Shown here one piece after another: positions 46,866 through 57,134 of a stretch of DNA of 64,000 nt (within the stretch, counting starts at the first letter, position 1; every line of letters begins with the position of its first letter). This DNA comes from Candidatus Bathyarchaeia archaeon (GTDB taxonomy: Archaea > Thermoproteota > Bathyarchaeia > Bathyarchaeales > Bathycorpusculaceae). The notes beneath the pieces were generated by a model that made no database searches, was not told the origin of the DNA, and saw only the letters and a program-made list of their open reading frames with translations. The DNA is taken from the NCBI GenBank assembly GCA_049512075.1, contig JBEKXL010000007.1, positions 39,751-103,750 of the forward strand. Reading direction: 5' to 3'. Both the position numbers and the translations under genes were made by a program.

Positions 46866-48560
46866 ATGTCGACCAGTTTTAAGGCTTTGGCAGAGTTGGG
46901 TGAAAAACTGGAAGCTACGAGAAAGCGTCTTTTCATGATAGATGTTGTCTCAGAATTCCTAGAGCATCTGGATTCCAAAGAGATTGCGCCTGCTGTTTCG
47001 ATGCTATTGGGAAGGCCTTTTCCAAAATGGAGTCAACAGACTCTTGAAGTCAGTTGGACCACGCTGAGCAAGATAATAAAACGAACCACGGGAATCGAAT
47101 GGGGTATTTTTGAAGAGGCCTTCCGTGAAACCGGAGACGTCGGTTCCGCGACAAAAAAGGTTTTTGAGAACAGCAGAGTCAAACGGCAGGCTGTGCTCTT
47201 TGAGGAAGCGTTGACGTTATTGGAGGTCAGGCGCAGTCTGGAAGCGATAGCTGAAACAGTGGGTTACGGTTCTAGGGAAAGAAAGGAGAGGTTGATAACT
47301 GCGTTGCTGAGCAGATGCTCGCCTGTTGAAGCCAAGTACTTGGTGAAGGTTCTCATAGGTGAGATGCGAACGGGTTTTCATGAAGGGCTGATGGAACAAG
47401 CAGTTTCGAAGGCCTTTGAGACTCCCTTGAATGCGGTGCAGGAAGCAACCATGATCATAGGGGATGTTGGTGAAGTTGCTGCGATTGTTAAGACCGAAGG
47501 AACTGTGGGGTTGGCGAGAAAAGGTTTCACTGTTTTCAGACCTGTCAACCTCATGCTTGCACAAATGGCCAACGATGTTGCGGAAGCTCTTACCCTGCAT
47601 GATGGTAGAACAGCCTTTGAATACAAGTATGACGGGGCTAGGGTTCAGGTTCACAAGTCAGGCGACAAGGTGAGGGTTTTCAGTCGAAGATTGACCGATG
47701 TCACTGACAGTCTGCCCGAAGTCGTGGAGATGGTTAAGGGAAACATCAAAACGTCGGAAGCAATTCTCGAGGGTGAGGTGATAGCCGTAGACCATATGGG
47801 TTCTCCGATTCCTTTTCAACATATGATGCGTAGGTTCAGAAGAGTTCATTCAATAGAGGACATGGTGGAAAGAATACCTGTCAGGCTCTTTCTGTTTGAC
47901 ATGCTCTATTTTGATGGGAAAAGCCTTATTTCGATGCCGTACCTGCAACGGAGACAGACACTCGTTGAAAACGCTGGACAAATACCTCTGACGAAGCAGA
48001 CAGTCACAGGTAACGTTCAGGAAGCTCAAAGGTTTCTCGAAAAGGCGATGAGCGAAGGACATGAGGGACTTATGGCAAAAAGGATTGATAGTGGGTACAC
48101 GCCTGGAATTCGTGGGAAACGCTGGCTTAAGATTAAGCCTGTCCTCGAACCTTTAGACTTGGCCATCGTTGCCGCTGAATACGGTTACGGTCGCAGACAT
48201 GGATGGTTGTCGGATTATTATCTTGCGGCGCGCGATGCGGAGAGCGGTGAGTTTCTGCCAGTGGGCAAGACGTTCAAGGGGTTGACCGATGCCGAAATCA
48301 TCGACATGACGAACCGTCTCAAAGAACTGACAATAAAAAGAGAACGAGGGAGGGTTGTTGTCCTTCCACGGGTGGTTGTTGAAGTCGCCTACAATGAGAT
48401 CCAGAGAAGCCCTAAGTACGAGTGTGGTATGGCGTTGCGGTTTGCGAGAATAACTCGCATAAGAGAAGACAAGGCTCCGGAGGACGTCGATACGATACAA
48501 AAGGTCAGGGACATTTATGAGAGACAGTTTCTGAAAAAAGGTAGATATAAGACTGGTTGA
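46866..48560 (+). CDS. lig: ATP-dependent DNA ligase
   Basis: EYKYDGAR motif I, EGLMAK, WLKIK, LRFARI. Confidence 0.96.
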   Translation: MSTSFKALAELGEKLEATRKRLFMIDVVSEFLEHLDSKEIAPAVSMLLGRPFPKWSQQTLEVSWTTLSKIIKRTTGIEWGIFEEAFRETGDVGSATKKVFENSRVKRQAVLFEEALTLLEVRRSLEAIAETVGYGSRERKERLITALLSRCSPVEAKYLVKVLIGEMRTGFHEGLMEQAVSKAFETPLNAVQEATMIIGDVGEVAAIVKTEGTVGLARKGFTVFRPVNLMLAQMANDVAEALTLHDGRTAFEYKYDGARVQVHKSGDKVRVFSRRLTDVTDSLPEVVEMVKGNIKTSEAILEGEVIAVDHMGSPIPFQHMMRRFRRVHSIEDMVERIPVRLFLFDMLYFDGKSLISMPYLQRRQTLVENAGQIPLTKQTVTGNVQEAQRFLEKAMSEGHEGLMAKRIDSGYTPGIRGKRWLKIKPVLEPLDLAIVAAEYGYGRRHGWLSDYYLAARDAESGEFLPVGKTFKGLTDAEIIDMTNRLKELTIKRERGRVVVLPRVVVEVAYNEIQRSPKYECGMALRFARITRIREDKAPEDVDTIQKVRDIYERQFLKKGRYKTG

Positions 48561-48587
48561 CAGCAGAGTAAACGGGAGGGCTGCTTC

Positions 48588-49628
48588 ATGGTTAAAGAAC
48601 AATACGTCGTTAAACGTGGGGAATACTATGCTCGTCAGACCATTTTGAAGGAGTTTGGCAGGAGAGGACAGGAAAAGCTTGCCCAGTCGAAAGTTGCAAT
48701 CGTCGGACTTGGAGGGTTAGGCACAGTTTCGGCGCTCTATTTGACGTTGGCAGGAGTCGGGCATCTGCGTCTAATCGATCAAGATACGGTGGAGGTGAGC
48801 AACCTTCACAGGCAAGTCTTGTACACGCCAGATGATTTGAACTACCCAAAGGTCGAAGTGTGCGCCAAGAGATTGCAGAAAACTAATCCCCTCGTAAAGG
48901 TCGAGCCAATATCAGAAAATCTGAATTCAGGTGACGTCGAAGAGCTGCTGTTAGGAATGGATTGCGTCGTCGACGGCTTGGACAACATGCGTACCAGGTA
49001 TCTTGTCAACCGTGCATGTATGAGGTTTGGGGTTCCGTATGTTTTCGGAGCGGCCGTAGGACTTGAAGGAAACCTCTCGGTTTTCGCTTCTCCTGAAACT
49101 CCGTGCCTGGAATGCGTCCTGCCGGGTGTTGAGGATGATTTCTTGTCAACGTGCGATGTGCGAGGTGTACTAGGAGCTACTGCCGGAATCATTGGAACTA
49201 TGCAGGCCATGGAAACCATAAAGGTTCTCACCGGGATGGGTTCCGCCTTAAAGGGGAAACTGATGGTATGTGACTTCAGCGACATGTACTTCACAACCAT
49301 AGACATTTTCAAAAGAGAGGGTTGTCCCGCGTGTCAAGACGAGAAGGCATTTCCTGAAACGAAAGAAAAGTTCGTGTGGCTTTGTGGACAGAACACGGCC
49401 AATATAAACCCGGAAAAACCGTTGGAAAGAGACTTCAACGAAGTCTATGAAGCGGTGAAGCATAGCTTCAAAGTGCGAATAAGATCTCAGCTTGCTATAG
49501 TGTTTGACTACAAAGGCTTTGAAATCAGCCTCTTCAACGGCGGAAGGATGCTGATAAAGAACGTTGAAGACGAAAAGTCAGCCTTGAGGGTTTACAGGGA
49601 GGTCAGAAAGAAGCTTGAAAGCGGTTGA
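48588..49628 (+). CDS. ThiF/MoeB/UbaA E1-like adenylyltransferase with C-terminal domain
   Basis: YARQ, GLGGLG, SNLHRQ, PCLEC, CPAC. Confidence 0.9.
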   Translation: MVKEQYVVKRGEYYARQTILKEFGRRGQEKLAQSKVAIVGLGGLGTVSALYLTLAGVGHLRLIDQDTVEVSNLHRQVLYTPDDLNYPKVEVCAKRLQKTNPLVKVEPISENLNSGDVEELLLGMDCVVDGLDNMRTRYLVNRACMRFGVPYVFGAAVGLEGNLSVFASPETPCLECVLPGVEDDFLSTCDVRGVLGATAGIIGTMQAMETIKVLTGMGSALKGKLMVCDFSDMYFTTIDIFKREGCPACQDEKAFPETKEKFVWLCGQNTANINPEKPLERDFNEVYEAVKHSFKVRIRSQLAIVFDYKGFEISLFNGGRMLIKNVEDEKSALRVYREVRKKLESG

Positions 49629-49665
49629 GAATCTATTTATTCAGGTCTCAAAAGATATGTAAGTT

Positions 49666-49738
49666 GCCGGGGTGGCCGAACCGTTCAGGCGGCGGCCTGC
49701 AGAGCCGCTATATATGGGTTCAACTCCCATCCCCGGCT
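49666..49738 (+). tRNA. tRNA-Cys(GCA)
   Basis: Acceptor GCCGGGG/CCCCGGC, anticodon arm GCGGC-CTGCAGA-GCCGC, T arm ATGGG-TTCAACT-CCCAT, U73; CCA not encoded. Confidence 0.93.
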
Positions 49739-49834
49739 TTTCAGCATAAACCCATATACTAGCGCGCGTGGACGCTTCGAAGAGAAATCCTCTTATTAGT
49801 TGATTGCATTAGCTTCGTCCCGTGGTCGTAGTCT

Positions 49835-50278
49835 ATGCCGAAGATCCTTGTTATTTACTACAGCCGAACTGGAAACACCGAAAAAATGGCCAAAGCCGTG
49901 GCTGAGGGGGCAAGATCAGTTCAAGGGGTTGAAGTCGAGGTGAACTATTACATCTCTCCTGAAGAACTGGCTGGTTTTGACGCTATACTGGTAGGCGCCG
50001 CAACTTATCATCATGACATGCCCGTCAGTTTCAAGACTTTCTTCGAGGAGGTAGCTGTGAAAAATATTAATCTGAAAGGGAAGGTTGGAGCAGCATTTGG
50101 GTCTTACGGCTGGAGCGGTGAAGCAGCCAAACTGATTATCGAAATCATGAAAAACAAGTTCGAAATGAACGTCACGGAACCGCCGCTTCCAATCAAGTAC
50201 GAGCCAGATCAAGCGAGCATCGAGAAATGCAAAGAACTTGGGAAAAGAATCGCCGAAAGACTTATTCACACAGCCTAG
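49835..50278 (+). CDS. Flavodoxin
   Basis: YYSRTGNTEKMA, AFGSYGWSGEA. Confidence 0.92.
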   Translation: MPKILVIYYSRTGNTEKMAKAVAEGARSVQGVEVEVNYYISPEELAGFDAILVGAATYHHDMPVSFKTFFEEVAVKNINLKGKVGAAFGSYGWSGEAAKLIIEIMKNKFEMNVTEPPLPIKYEPDQASIEKCKELGKRIAERLIHTA

Positions 50279-50307
50279 CATGTTTTTAGGGAAAGGAGGC
50301 AAAGATT

Positions 50308-50787
50308 CTGAGCTCAAAAGATGAACTCGTCCGGTTTCTAAAAGATCAAATCAAAGTCGAAAACAAGATTGTGGAATCGTTGAACAAGTCTTTACCGGAG
50401 ATTGGAAATCCGACTGTCAAGGGCGTGTTAAGGGGGGTATCATTGGACTCGGTGAAACACGCGCAAATGTACTCTTCAGCCGTGATGCTGTTGACAACGG
50501 TATCGAAAGCTCTGACACAAGAGAACTTGGACAAACAGAAGGATTTGGTCGAAAAACACATACAGATGGAAGCTGAACTCATCCAAAAAATAGGCAAGAC
50601 ACTGCCAAGCGTCGAAGACAAGAAGGTGAGACTTCTCTTAGAAGCAATACTATCAGATGAGAAAAGACACCACGAACTTCTGAAAAACGTGCTGGAAATC
50701 CTCGTTAAAGGAGAAACCATAACTGAGGCAGACTGGTGGGACATGCTCTGGAAGGACGTTCCATTCCACGGCGCACCAGGAGGATAA
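50308..50787 (+). CDS. Ferritin-like (rubrerythrin-type diiron) protein
   Basis: DSVKH and DEKRHH motifs; the frame extends upstream of the GTG at 50371 to a CTG at 50308 after a GGAGG SD. Confidence 0.8.
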   Translation: MSSKDELVRFLKDQIKVENKIVESLNKSLPEIGNPTVKGVLRGVSLDSVKHAQMYSSAVMLLTTVSKALTQENLDKQKDLVEKHIQMEAELIQKIGKTLPSVEDKKVRLLLEAILSDEKRHHELLKNVLEILVKGETITEADWWDMLWKDVPFHGAPGG

Positions 50788-50874
50788 AAGACCGCCTAAA
50801 GAAAGAAAACCATCACATCACTCACTTTTCTGCCAAGGCCAGTGCGCGAGAGCGAGCGCACGTTTATCTGAGTG

Positions 50875-52269
50875 TCAAGCCATCCTCCTGGGATCAAGCA
50901 GTTCGTCTAAATTTCCCTCAATCTTCAATCCCATCTCCAGTATTATCTCTTTTATCGTCTTTCCATTTCTGCTTGCTTTTCGTGCAATTTCGGAGGCCTT
51001 ATCATAGCCTATAAGAGGAACAAGGTTTGTTACGACCATAAGATTCTTTTCCAGCTGAGAATTGATGCGGTCCACGTTTGCCTTCAAACCGTCCAAACAG
51101 TATCTGACGAAAGAGTTGATTCCATTTGCCAGGATCTCAATTGAATCAAGAAGGTTGGCGATCATCAAGGGCTTAGCCACGTTTAAGTCGAGCACGCTTC
51201 CGAATCCTTCTGCAAGAGAAACTGTAACATCATTTCCAATAACCTGCAAGCAGACTTGTATCACTGCTTCAGCTTGCGTGGGGTTGACTTTTCCAGGCAT
51301 TATGGAGGAACCAAGTTCATTTGAAGGGAGCGATAGTTCACCTAACCCTGCGTTGGGGCCGCTTCCCATCCAACGGATGTCGTTCGCCATCTTCAGAACC
51401 GAAAGGGCTAGGAGACGCAAAGCTCCGCTCGTCTCCACTATGGGACTGTGCGATGCTATGCCTTCAGCCTTGACAGGGTTCAGCTTGAAGGGAAACCCTG
51501 TGATTTCCCTTAAGCAGGAAACTGCCACTTTGCCGAAATTCTTGTCAGCCTCGATGCCTGTTCCAACAGCTGTTCCGCCGATGGGAACGTAACACAACTC
51601 TGCACGAGCATTATTCAGTCGCCTTCGGTTCGCTGCGACCTGTCTTTCGTAGACCTCAAACTCCGTCGACAGGCGGATCGGAACCGCGTCTTGAAGATGG
51701 GTTCTGCCTACCTTGACTATGCCTTCAAACTCGCGGATCTTTCTCCTGAGGCTCTTCCGTAAACTTTCCAAGGCTGGAAACAGGTCCGAATCAAGAAGCT
51801 CAAGGGTAGAGAGGTGCATAGCAGTGGGAATCACGTCGTTGGAAGACTGGCTCTTGTTCACGTGGTCATTAGGGTGGACTGGAGACTTTTTTCCCAACGG
51901 GTACCCTAGGATTTCGTTCGCCCTGTTTGATAGTACTTCGTTCATGTTGATGTTGAATTGCGTTCCGGAACCGGTTTGAAAAACATCAAGTGGAAACTGC
52001 TCTGTATGCTTTCCTCTTAGCACCTCTTCTATGGCTGTAAGAATCGCGCGGCTCTTCTTCTCGTCAATATTGCCTAGTTGCAAGTTTGCTTTGACGCAAG
52101 CCTTTTTGACTTCTGCAAGGGCGCGAATGAAGGACACGGGAAATCTTCTTCCGCTTATCTGAAAATACTGGACTGCTCTCTGAGTGGATATTCCCCAATA
52201 CGCGTTCTTTGGGACTTCAACCTCTCCCCAAACGTCCCTTTCTTTTCTCGTCTTGTTCTTCATGACCAC
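50875..52269 (-). CDS. fumC: Class II fumarate hydratase (fumarase/aspartase family)
   Basis: QTGSGT, HPNDHVN.SQSSND, GRTHLQDA, GSSIMPGKVNP. Confidence 0.88.
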   Translation of the reverse strand: MVMKNKTRKERDVWGEVEVPKNAYWGISTQRAVQYFQISGRRFPVSFIRALAEVKKACVKANLQLGNIDEKKSRAILTAIEEVLRGKHTEQFPLDVFQTGSGTQFNINMNEVLSNRANEILGYPLGKKSPVHPNDHVNKSQSSNDVIPTAMHLSTLELLDSDLFPALESLRKSLRRKIREFEGIVKVGRTHLQDAVPIRLSTEFEVYERQVAANRRRLNNARAELCYVPIGGTAVGTGIEADKNFGKVAVSCLREITGFPFKLNPVKAEGIASHSPIVETSGALRLLALSVLKMANDIRWMGSGPNAGLGELSLPSNELGSSIMPGKVNPTQAEAVIQVCLQVIGNDVTVSLAEGFGSVLDLNVAKPLMIANLLDSIEILANGINSFVRYCLDGLKANVDRINSQLEKNLMVVTNLVPLIGYDKASEIARKASRNGKTIKEIILEMGLKIEGNLDELLDPRRMA

Positions 52270-52527
52270 CGAGTCCTCAGATTTCGGGTAAACTAGCTCC
52301 TAAGCGTGCACGCGCGTGAGAACAGTGAGAAGATTACAAACCGATTGCTGACTTATGGTTCCTAACGCTTTTACACTTTTATCCTCACTTGTTTTAAACA
52401 TTAGTTTCCTTTGGCACACTGAAGCTATGGTCGAAACGATTATAAGAGATAGGTGTTCACTCAGCTTCTAAAGCAAGAGCAGAAGCCCAGCCCTTTGAAA
52501 GCTAGTGGTTTTGGACGGTGAGAATAT

Positions 52528-55500
52528 ATGGTGGCCGCTAATGCAGAAGAGAATAAGAATCTGCAGAAACCAGTTGGCTGGGCACAAACGGCAAGCCCTG
52601 AAGATATTCTATGCGTGCCCATCGACGACGTTCTTACAAGACTGAAGACCTCTCGTTCAGGTCTAACATCAAGTCAAGCAACGGAATCCCTGAAAATCTA
52701 TGGCTACAATGAGGTTGCTAAGAAGAAAAGAACCACTGCTGTTGTAAAGTTTCTCTTAAGTTTCAAAAACCCGCTCATGCTGATTCTGTTGTTTGCGGGT
52801 GTACTGACAGGCTTATTGGGAGACCGGGTAGAAGCGGCGATAATTCTCATGATAGTGCTAGTAGGCGTCGTTCTAATGTTCTTTCAGGAATCGAAGGCTG
52901 AAAAGGCAGCAGATGAACTGAAGGAAAAGGTCGCCACCACTGCCACAGTCGTTAGAGATAACGTTAGCAGGGAAATTAAGCTTTCAGATGTAGTTCCAGG
53001 GGATGTGGTGACCCTTTCCGCAGGCGACATTGTGCCTGCAGATGGAAGACTGATAGGTGCAAAGGACTTTTTCGTGGATCAATCAGCCTTGACTGGTGAA
53101 TCGTTTCCACTAGAGAAGACTCCTTCGGCTTTGACCGCGCAGGAGGCGTGCAGCATCAACGAATGGAACAATTATCTTTTCATGGGGACCTCCGTGGTGA
53201 GCGGATCGGCAACAGCTGTTGTCGTGAAGACCGGTAGCTCTACGGACTACGGCAAGATTGTTAAGAAACTTGTCGAGAGAAGACCTGAAACCGAGTTTGA
53301 AAAGGGGCTAAGAAGATTCGGATATTTGATCATGCAGGTAACTTTTCTACTCGTGGTTTTTGTTTTCTTCGTAAAGGCTTATAGTGCGCCTAATACCCGC
53401 GGCATTTTGGATGCGTTGCTTTTTTCAGTTTCACTGGCCGTGGGTTTGACGCCTGAACTTCTGCCGGTTATTCTTTCGGTCAACCTGTCGAAAGGCGCCT
53501 TGGCAATGTCGAAAAGAGGGGTAATAGTGAAAGAGTTGGCGTCAATCCAAAACTTCGGCAACATGGATGTCCTATGTACGGACAAGACGGGAACGTTGAC
53601 CGAAAACAAAGTCCGACTCCTGTTGCATGTTGACCTGGAAGGAAACGACAACGCGAAAGTCTTGCTGTACACTTTTTTGAACAGCCATTATGAGACCGGA
53701 CTTAAGAACCCCTTAGACGAGGCAATTCTTGAACATAGAGAGGTCCATGTGGAAGACTACGAAAAGATAGACGAAGTTCCTTTTGACTTTGTGAGAAGGC
53801 GGGTTTCAGTCGTCGCTGAACGCGAGAGGGAGCGATTCTTCATAACCAAGGGAGCACCGGAGGAAATATTCAAAGCCTGTTCATACTACGAGCTTTCCGA
53901 AAAAATATATGACTTGACTGCTGAAACGGAGAGAAGGATTGAACAGAAATACTATGATTTGAGCGCTGACGGCTTCAGGGTTCTAGGAGTTGCGTACAAG
54001 AAGGTCAAGGAAGAGAAGACAGTGTATTCTATTAATGATGAAAGTGAAATGGTTTTTCTAGGTTTTGTGGCGTTCTTGGATCCTCCTAAGGAAACCGCTA
54101 AAGACTCCCTCGAACTGTTCAGAAAGAGCAGCATAGAGCTCAAAGTTCTTACTGGCGACAACGAGTTAGTCACAAGAAAAGTCTGCGAACAGTTGGGTTT
54201 CGAGGTTAAAGGAGTCGTTCTTGGAGTTGATGTAGCGAAGATGAATGATGATGCACTTGCGAGAGTTGTTGAGACTGCCAACATTTTTGCAAGAGTGACG
54301 CCGTCTCAAAAAGACAGAATAATCACTGCACTGAAAAGCAATGGGCATGTCGTAGGTTTTCTTGGTGACGGAATAAACGATGCCCCCTCAATGAGAGTTT
54401 CAGATGTGAGCATATCGGTTGAAAATGCGGTAGATGTGGCTAAGGAAACAGCTGACATAATATTGTTGCACAAGGATCTGACGGTGCTTGAAGAGGGTGT
54501 TTTGGAAGGAAGGAAAACTTTTGGAAACACAATAAAATATGTCCTGATGGGAATCAGCTCCAACTTCGGAAACATGTTCAGCGCTGCAGGTGCATCTTTG
54601 TTCATAGGGAGTGTAACGAATTTTCAGTATCCAATGCTGCCTATACAAATACTTCTGAACAACCTTCTGTACGATCTGTCAGAGTTGGCCATCCCAACAG
54701 ATAACGTGGATGCAGAATACATTGAGAAACCAAAGAGGTTGGACATCTCTTACATCAGAAATTTCATGCTTTATTTTGGACCGATAAGCTCAATTTTCGA
54801 CTTTTTAACCTTTTTCATAATGCTCTACGTTTTCAACGCGTGGAATAATGGACCGCTGTTTCAAACGGCATGGTTCATTGAGTCTTTGTGCACACAAACG
54901 TTAGTAATATTTGCCATAAGAACGAGGAAGTCGCCCTTCTTCAAGAGTATGCCCAGTAAACCTCTGCTGGTGAGTAGTCTAGGAGTGGTTGCCGTTGCCA
55001 TTTTGCTGCCCTTCACGCCATTAGGCAAATTGTTCGAGTTCATAGCTCTGCCAATCGGGTTCTTTCTATTCTTGGCCGTCTTCGTCACAGTCTACTTTAC
55101 AATGGTTGAATCTCTGAAGAGACTGTTCTACAGACGATATGCCGAGCGTTTGGAGCAAATCCTAGTCCCTGCTAAAGGTCCGCCATTACTAACTCCGACA
55201 GTAAGGCTGACTCAAAACATGGTGGCAGTAATATGTTTGCGACCCGAAGGCGAGGTTTCAACAGATTCATTGCTTGACGACCTCAAATCAATCATGGCCT
55301 ACCCAATCGATTCTGACCATGTTATCCGCAACCTCCATCACATGCGACGCACGGGACTCGTGGATGTAGACTGGCGCAAAGGCATGATCATGCGCAAACT
55401 TTCCATGAAAGGCTACGTGGAAAAGCTTATCAAAAGTGACCTTTGGCCGAGAGTGGCGGACGATTGGCAGAGAATTGGCTCTTTGGTTCAGTCAAAGTAT

Positions 55501-55572
55501 AAGCAAGTCAACCCAGAATATCAGAAGCTGCTTCAGCCTTGGGGCGCGGGACAGGATCGTAAGGTTACCTAA
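52528..55572 (+). CDS. mgtA: Mg2+-transporting P-type ATPase (type IIIB) with C-terminal extension
   Basis: TGES, LTPELLP, DKTGTLT, PFDF.RRR.SV, TGDN, GDGINDAP, NNLLYD. Confidence 0.9.
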   Translation: MVAANAEENKNLQKPVGWAQTASPEDILCVPIDDVLTRLKTSRSGLTSSQATESLKIYGYNEVAKKKRTTAVVKFLLSFKNPLMLILLFAGVLTGLLGDRVEAAIILMIVLVGVVLMFFQESKAEKAADELKEKVATTATVVRDNVSREIKLSDVVPGDVVTLSAGDIVPADGRLIGAKDFFVDQSALTGESFPLEKTPSALTAQEACSINEWNNYLFMGTSVVSGSATAVVVKTGSSTDYGKIVKKLVERRPETEFEKGLRRFGYLIMQVTFLLVVFVFFVKAYSAPNTRGILDALLFSVSLAVGLTPELLPVILSVNLSKGALAMSKRGVIVKELASIQNFGNMDVLCTDKTGTLTENKVRLLLHVDLEGNDNAKVLLYTFLNSHYETGLKNPLDEAILEHREVHVEDYEKIDEVPFDFVRRRVSVVAERERERFFITKGAPEEIFKACSYYELSEKIYDLTAETERRIEQKYYDLSADGFRVLGVAYKKVKEEKTVYSINDESEMVFLGFVAFLDPPKETAKDSLELFRKSSIELKVLTGDNELVTRKVCEQLGFEVKGVVLGVDVAKMNDDALARVVETANIFARVTPSQKDRIITALKSNGHVVGFLGDGINDAPSMRVSDVSISVENAVDVAKETADIILLHKDLTVLEEGVLEGRKTFGNTIKYVLMGISSNFGNMFSAAGASLFIGSVTNFQYPMLPIQILLNNLLYDLSELAIPTDNVDAEYIEKPKRLDISYIRNFMLYFGPISSIFDFLTFFIMLYVFNAWNNGPLFQTAWFIESLCTQTLVIFAIRTRKSPFFKSMPSKPLLVSSLGVVAVAILLPFTPLGKLFEFIALPIGFFLFLAVFVTVYFTMVESLKRLFYRRYAERLEQILVPAKGPPLLTPTVRLTQNMVAVICLRPEGEVSTDSLLDDLKSIMAYPIDSDHVIRNLHHMRRTGLVDVDWRKGMIMRKLSMKGYVEKLIKSDLWPRVADDWQRIGSLVQSKYKQVNPEYQKLLQPWGAGQDRKVT

Positions 55573-55876
55573 TTCCTCAACGTATGCAGGAGATAATTTG
55601 CACGCGCCAGCTTGTCAGTTCTCGTTCATGTGCCCAGGACTGCTTGGTCATATTTCAAGCTGAACGAGGATACTGTAAACTTATTGTCATGGTTGGTTTC
55701 GATTTTGGTTTCGCAGTAATTCCTTTACCGTGATTGCTTTAATCTCTATGTTATCATGCAGTCTCGCTCTTGCAGTCTCACCAAATGCTTCATTTCCGAA
55801 ACTGAAGGCTACGATTATTCCCTTTTTCGCATTTTTCCGTCTAGCGCGCGCTGGCCACTGGTGGTCTATGCAGTTG

Positions 55877-56962
55877 TCATTTCGCGCGAGAACCATATGA
55901 ATCTTCAAGGAAGAAATCGTTCGGCCTGAAGGGTTGTATTGTTGTCAAAGGAACGATTTGTTCATCTTTCCTTTTCTTTCCAGCTGGCTCAACGTTGCGC
56001 GTTGCCTGTTCGATTGCTTGTTCGTCTTCCACAAGATGCGCTGTTGCCGTCAAGGCCTCGACAGCCAATTTGTGCATGGCTTCCAGCATTGTGCCCACTT
56101 TTAGGCCCTTGGCAGTTGTTGAGTAGGAGGCTGATCTCTTTCTGGTGAAGACCAATTTCTTTCCTTTCAGTCTGCGCAGGTACTTGTACGTTCTTCTGAG
56201 TGAGATTCCAGCTTCTCTTGCGAGCGAGCGGGCGGAAATTCCCTCTTTGGGAATTCTTTCGTAAACCCTTTTTTCCGTTGGGGAGAAGTCTGACTTGTCT
56301 GGGCTCCTTTTTGTTGTGAAGAAGAAGATGTAGTCTTTCTGGGTGTTTGTTTCGGCTAATGCTGCTTTCTGCAGACGGCTGAGAACGCGGGGTAGGCTTT
56401 TCTCAGGAATTATTGCCTTTAACCCTTCATGGGTCCGTGGCCTCTTCATGAGCGCGTCTAAAGCTATCTCCTCGTAGCATTCAGAGTGTGGTGACAAGAA
56501 GCCTTCGAGATCAGGGAAATCCTTCGTCAAATCGCTGATTCTGCGGCCGAATAGGGTCGAATGGTATAGGTTTTGATATTCATCTGCAAGTCCGACTGTT
56601 ATCAATGGGTTCAGGTATTCTTGACCTATTGTTTGCTGGCTGTGGTTGAAGCCCAATTTTCGCAGTTCCTGCTGAAGCTGTGTCATTGAGTGAGGCTCCT
56701 CTGAGATTATTTCCAGAAGCTGCAGTCGTCTCTTGTTTTTCAGGGTGTTCAGTAAGTTCATCATGAAGTTGGGGCTCCTTGTTTTTTCGTGCAGCTTTCT
56801 GAACTCGTTCTTGAGCTTCCAGTTCTTGCATCCGGACACACACGTGACGGGAGACAATGGTTTACAATTCTTGCAAGTTTTCTCCATAGCTCTTAGCAAA
56901 TCTGCTAGGCTTGTCTGTTTATCTGCCCCGTGCAACAAGGTAATAGTGTTTCTGTATTCCAT
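55877..56962 (-). CDS. Putative multi-winged-helix regulator with N-terminal Cys4 motif
   Basis: CKNC..SPVTCVSGC, then LKNKRRLQLL (ArsR-like) and GISARSLAREAGISLRRTYKYLRRL HTH. Confidence 0.7.
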   Translation of the reverse strand: MEYRNTITLLHGADKQTSLADLLRAMEKTCKNCKPLSPVTCVSGCKNWKLKNEFRKLHEKTRSPNFMMNLLNTLKNKRRLQLLEIISEEPHSMTQLQQELRKLGFNHSQQTIGQEYLNPLITVGLADEYQNLYHSTLFGRRISDLTKDFPDLEGFLSPHSECYEEIALDALMKRPRTHEGLKAIIPEKSLPRVLSRLQKAALAETNTQKDYIFFFTTKRSPDKSDFSPTEKRVYERIPKEGISARSLAREAGISLRRTYKYLRRLKGKKLVFTRKRSASYSTTAKGLKVGTMLEAMHKLAVEALTATAHLVEDEQAIEQATRNVEPAGKKRKDEQIVPLTTIQPFRPNDFFLEDSYGSRAK

Positions 56963-57053
56963 CCTTCAGGACCTTCAAGCGTACGTCACGACAGGTTTGG
57001 AGAAAGGGTCAAAATCGCTCTAAAAAGAGAGTTTGAGCCAGTTTGAACCTGTC

Positions 57054-57097
57054 ATGACATACGTCATAATTGATATGACATACGTCATGTTTAAATA
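57054..57097 (+). promoter_or_regulatory. Tandem palindromic operator (ATGACATACGTCAT x2) abutting a TATA box
   Basis: Exact 14-bp repeats at 57054-57067 and 57075-57088 (ATGAC-N4-GTCAT); TTTAAATA at 57090-57097. Confidence 0.75.
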
Positions 57098-57134
57098 CTT
57101 TTCCAACCTGAATAGGTCAAACGGTGAATTCCAC

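Noticed and set aside
49666-49834. tRNA-Cys as an integration site of an island
   Set aside because: No integrase nearby, and I saw no duplicated tRNA 3' end in the window.
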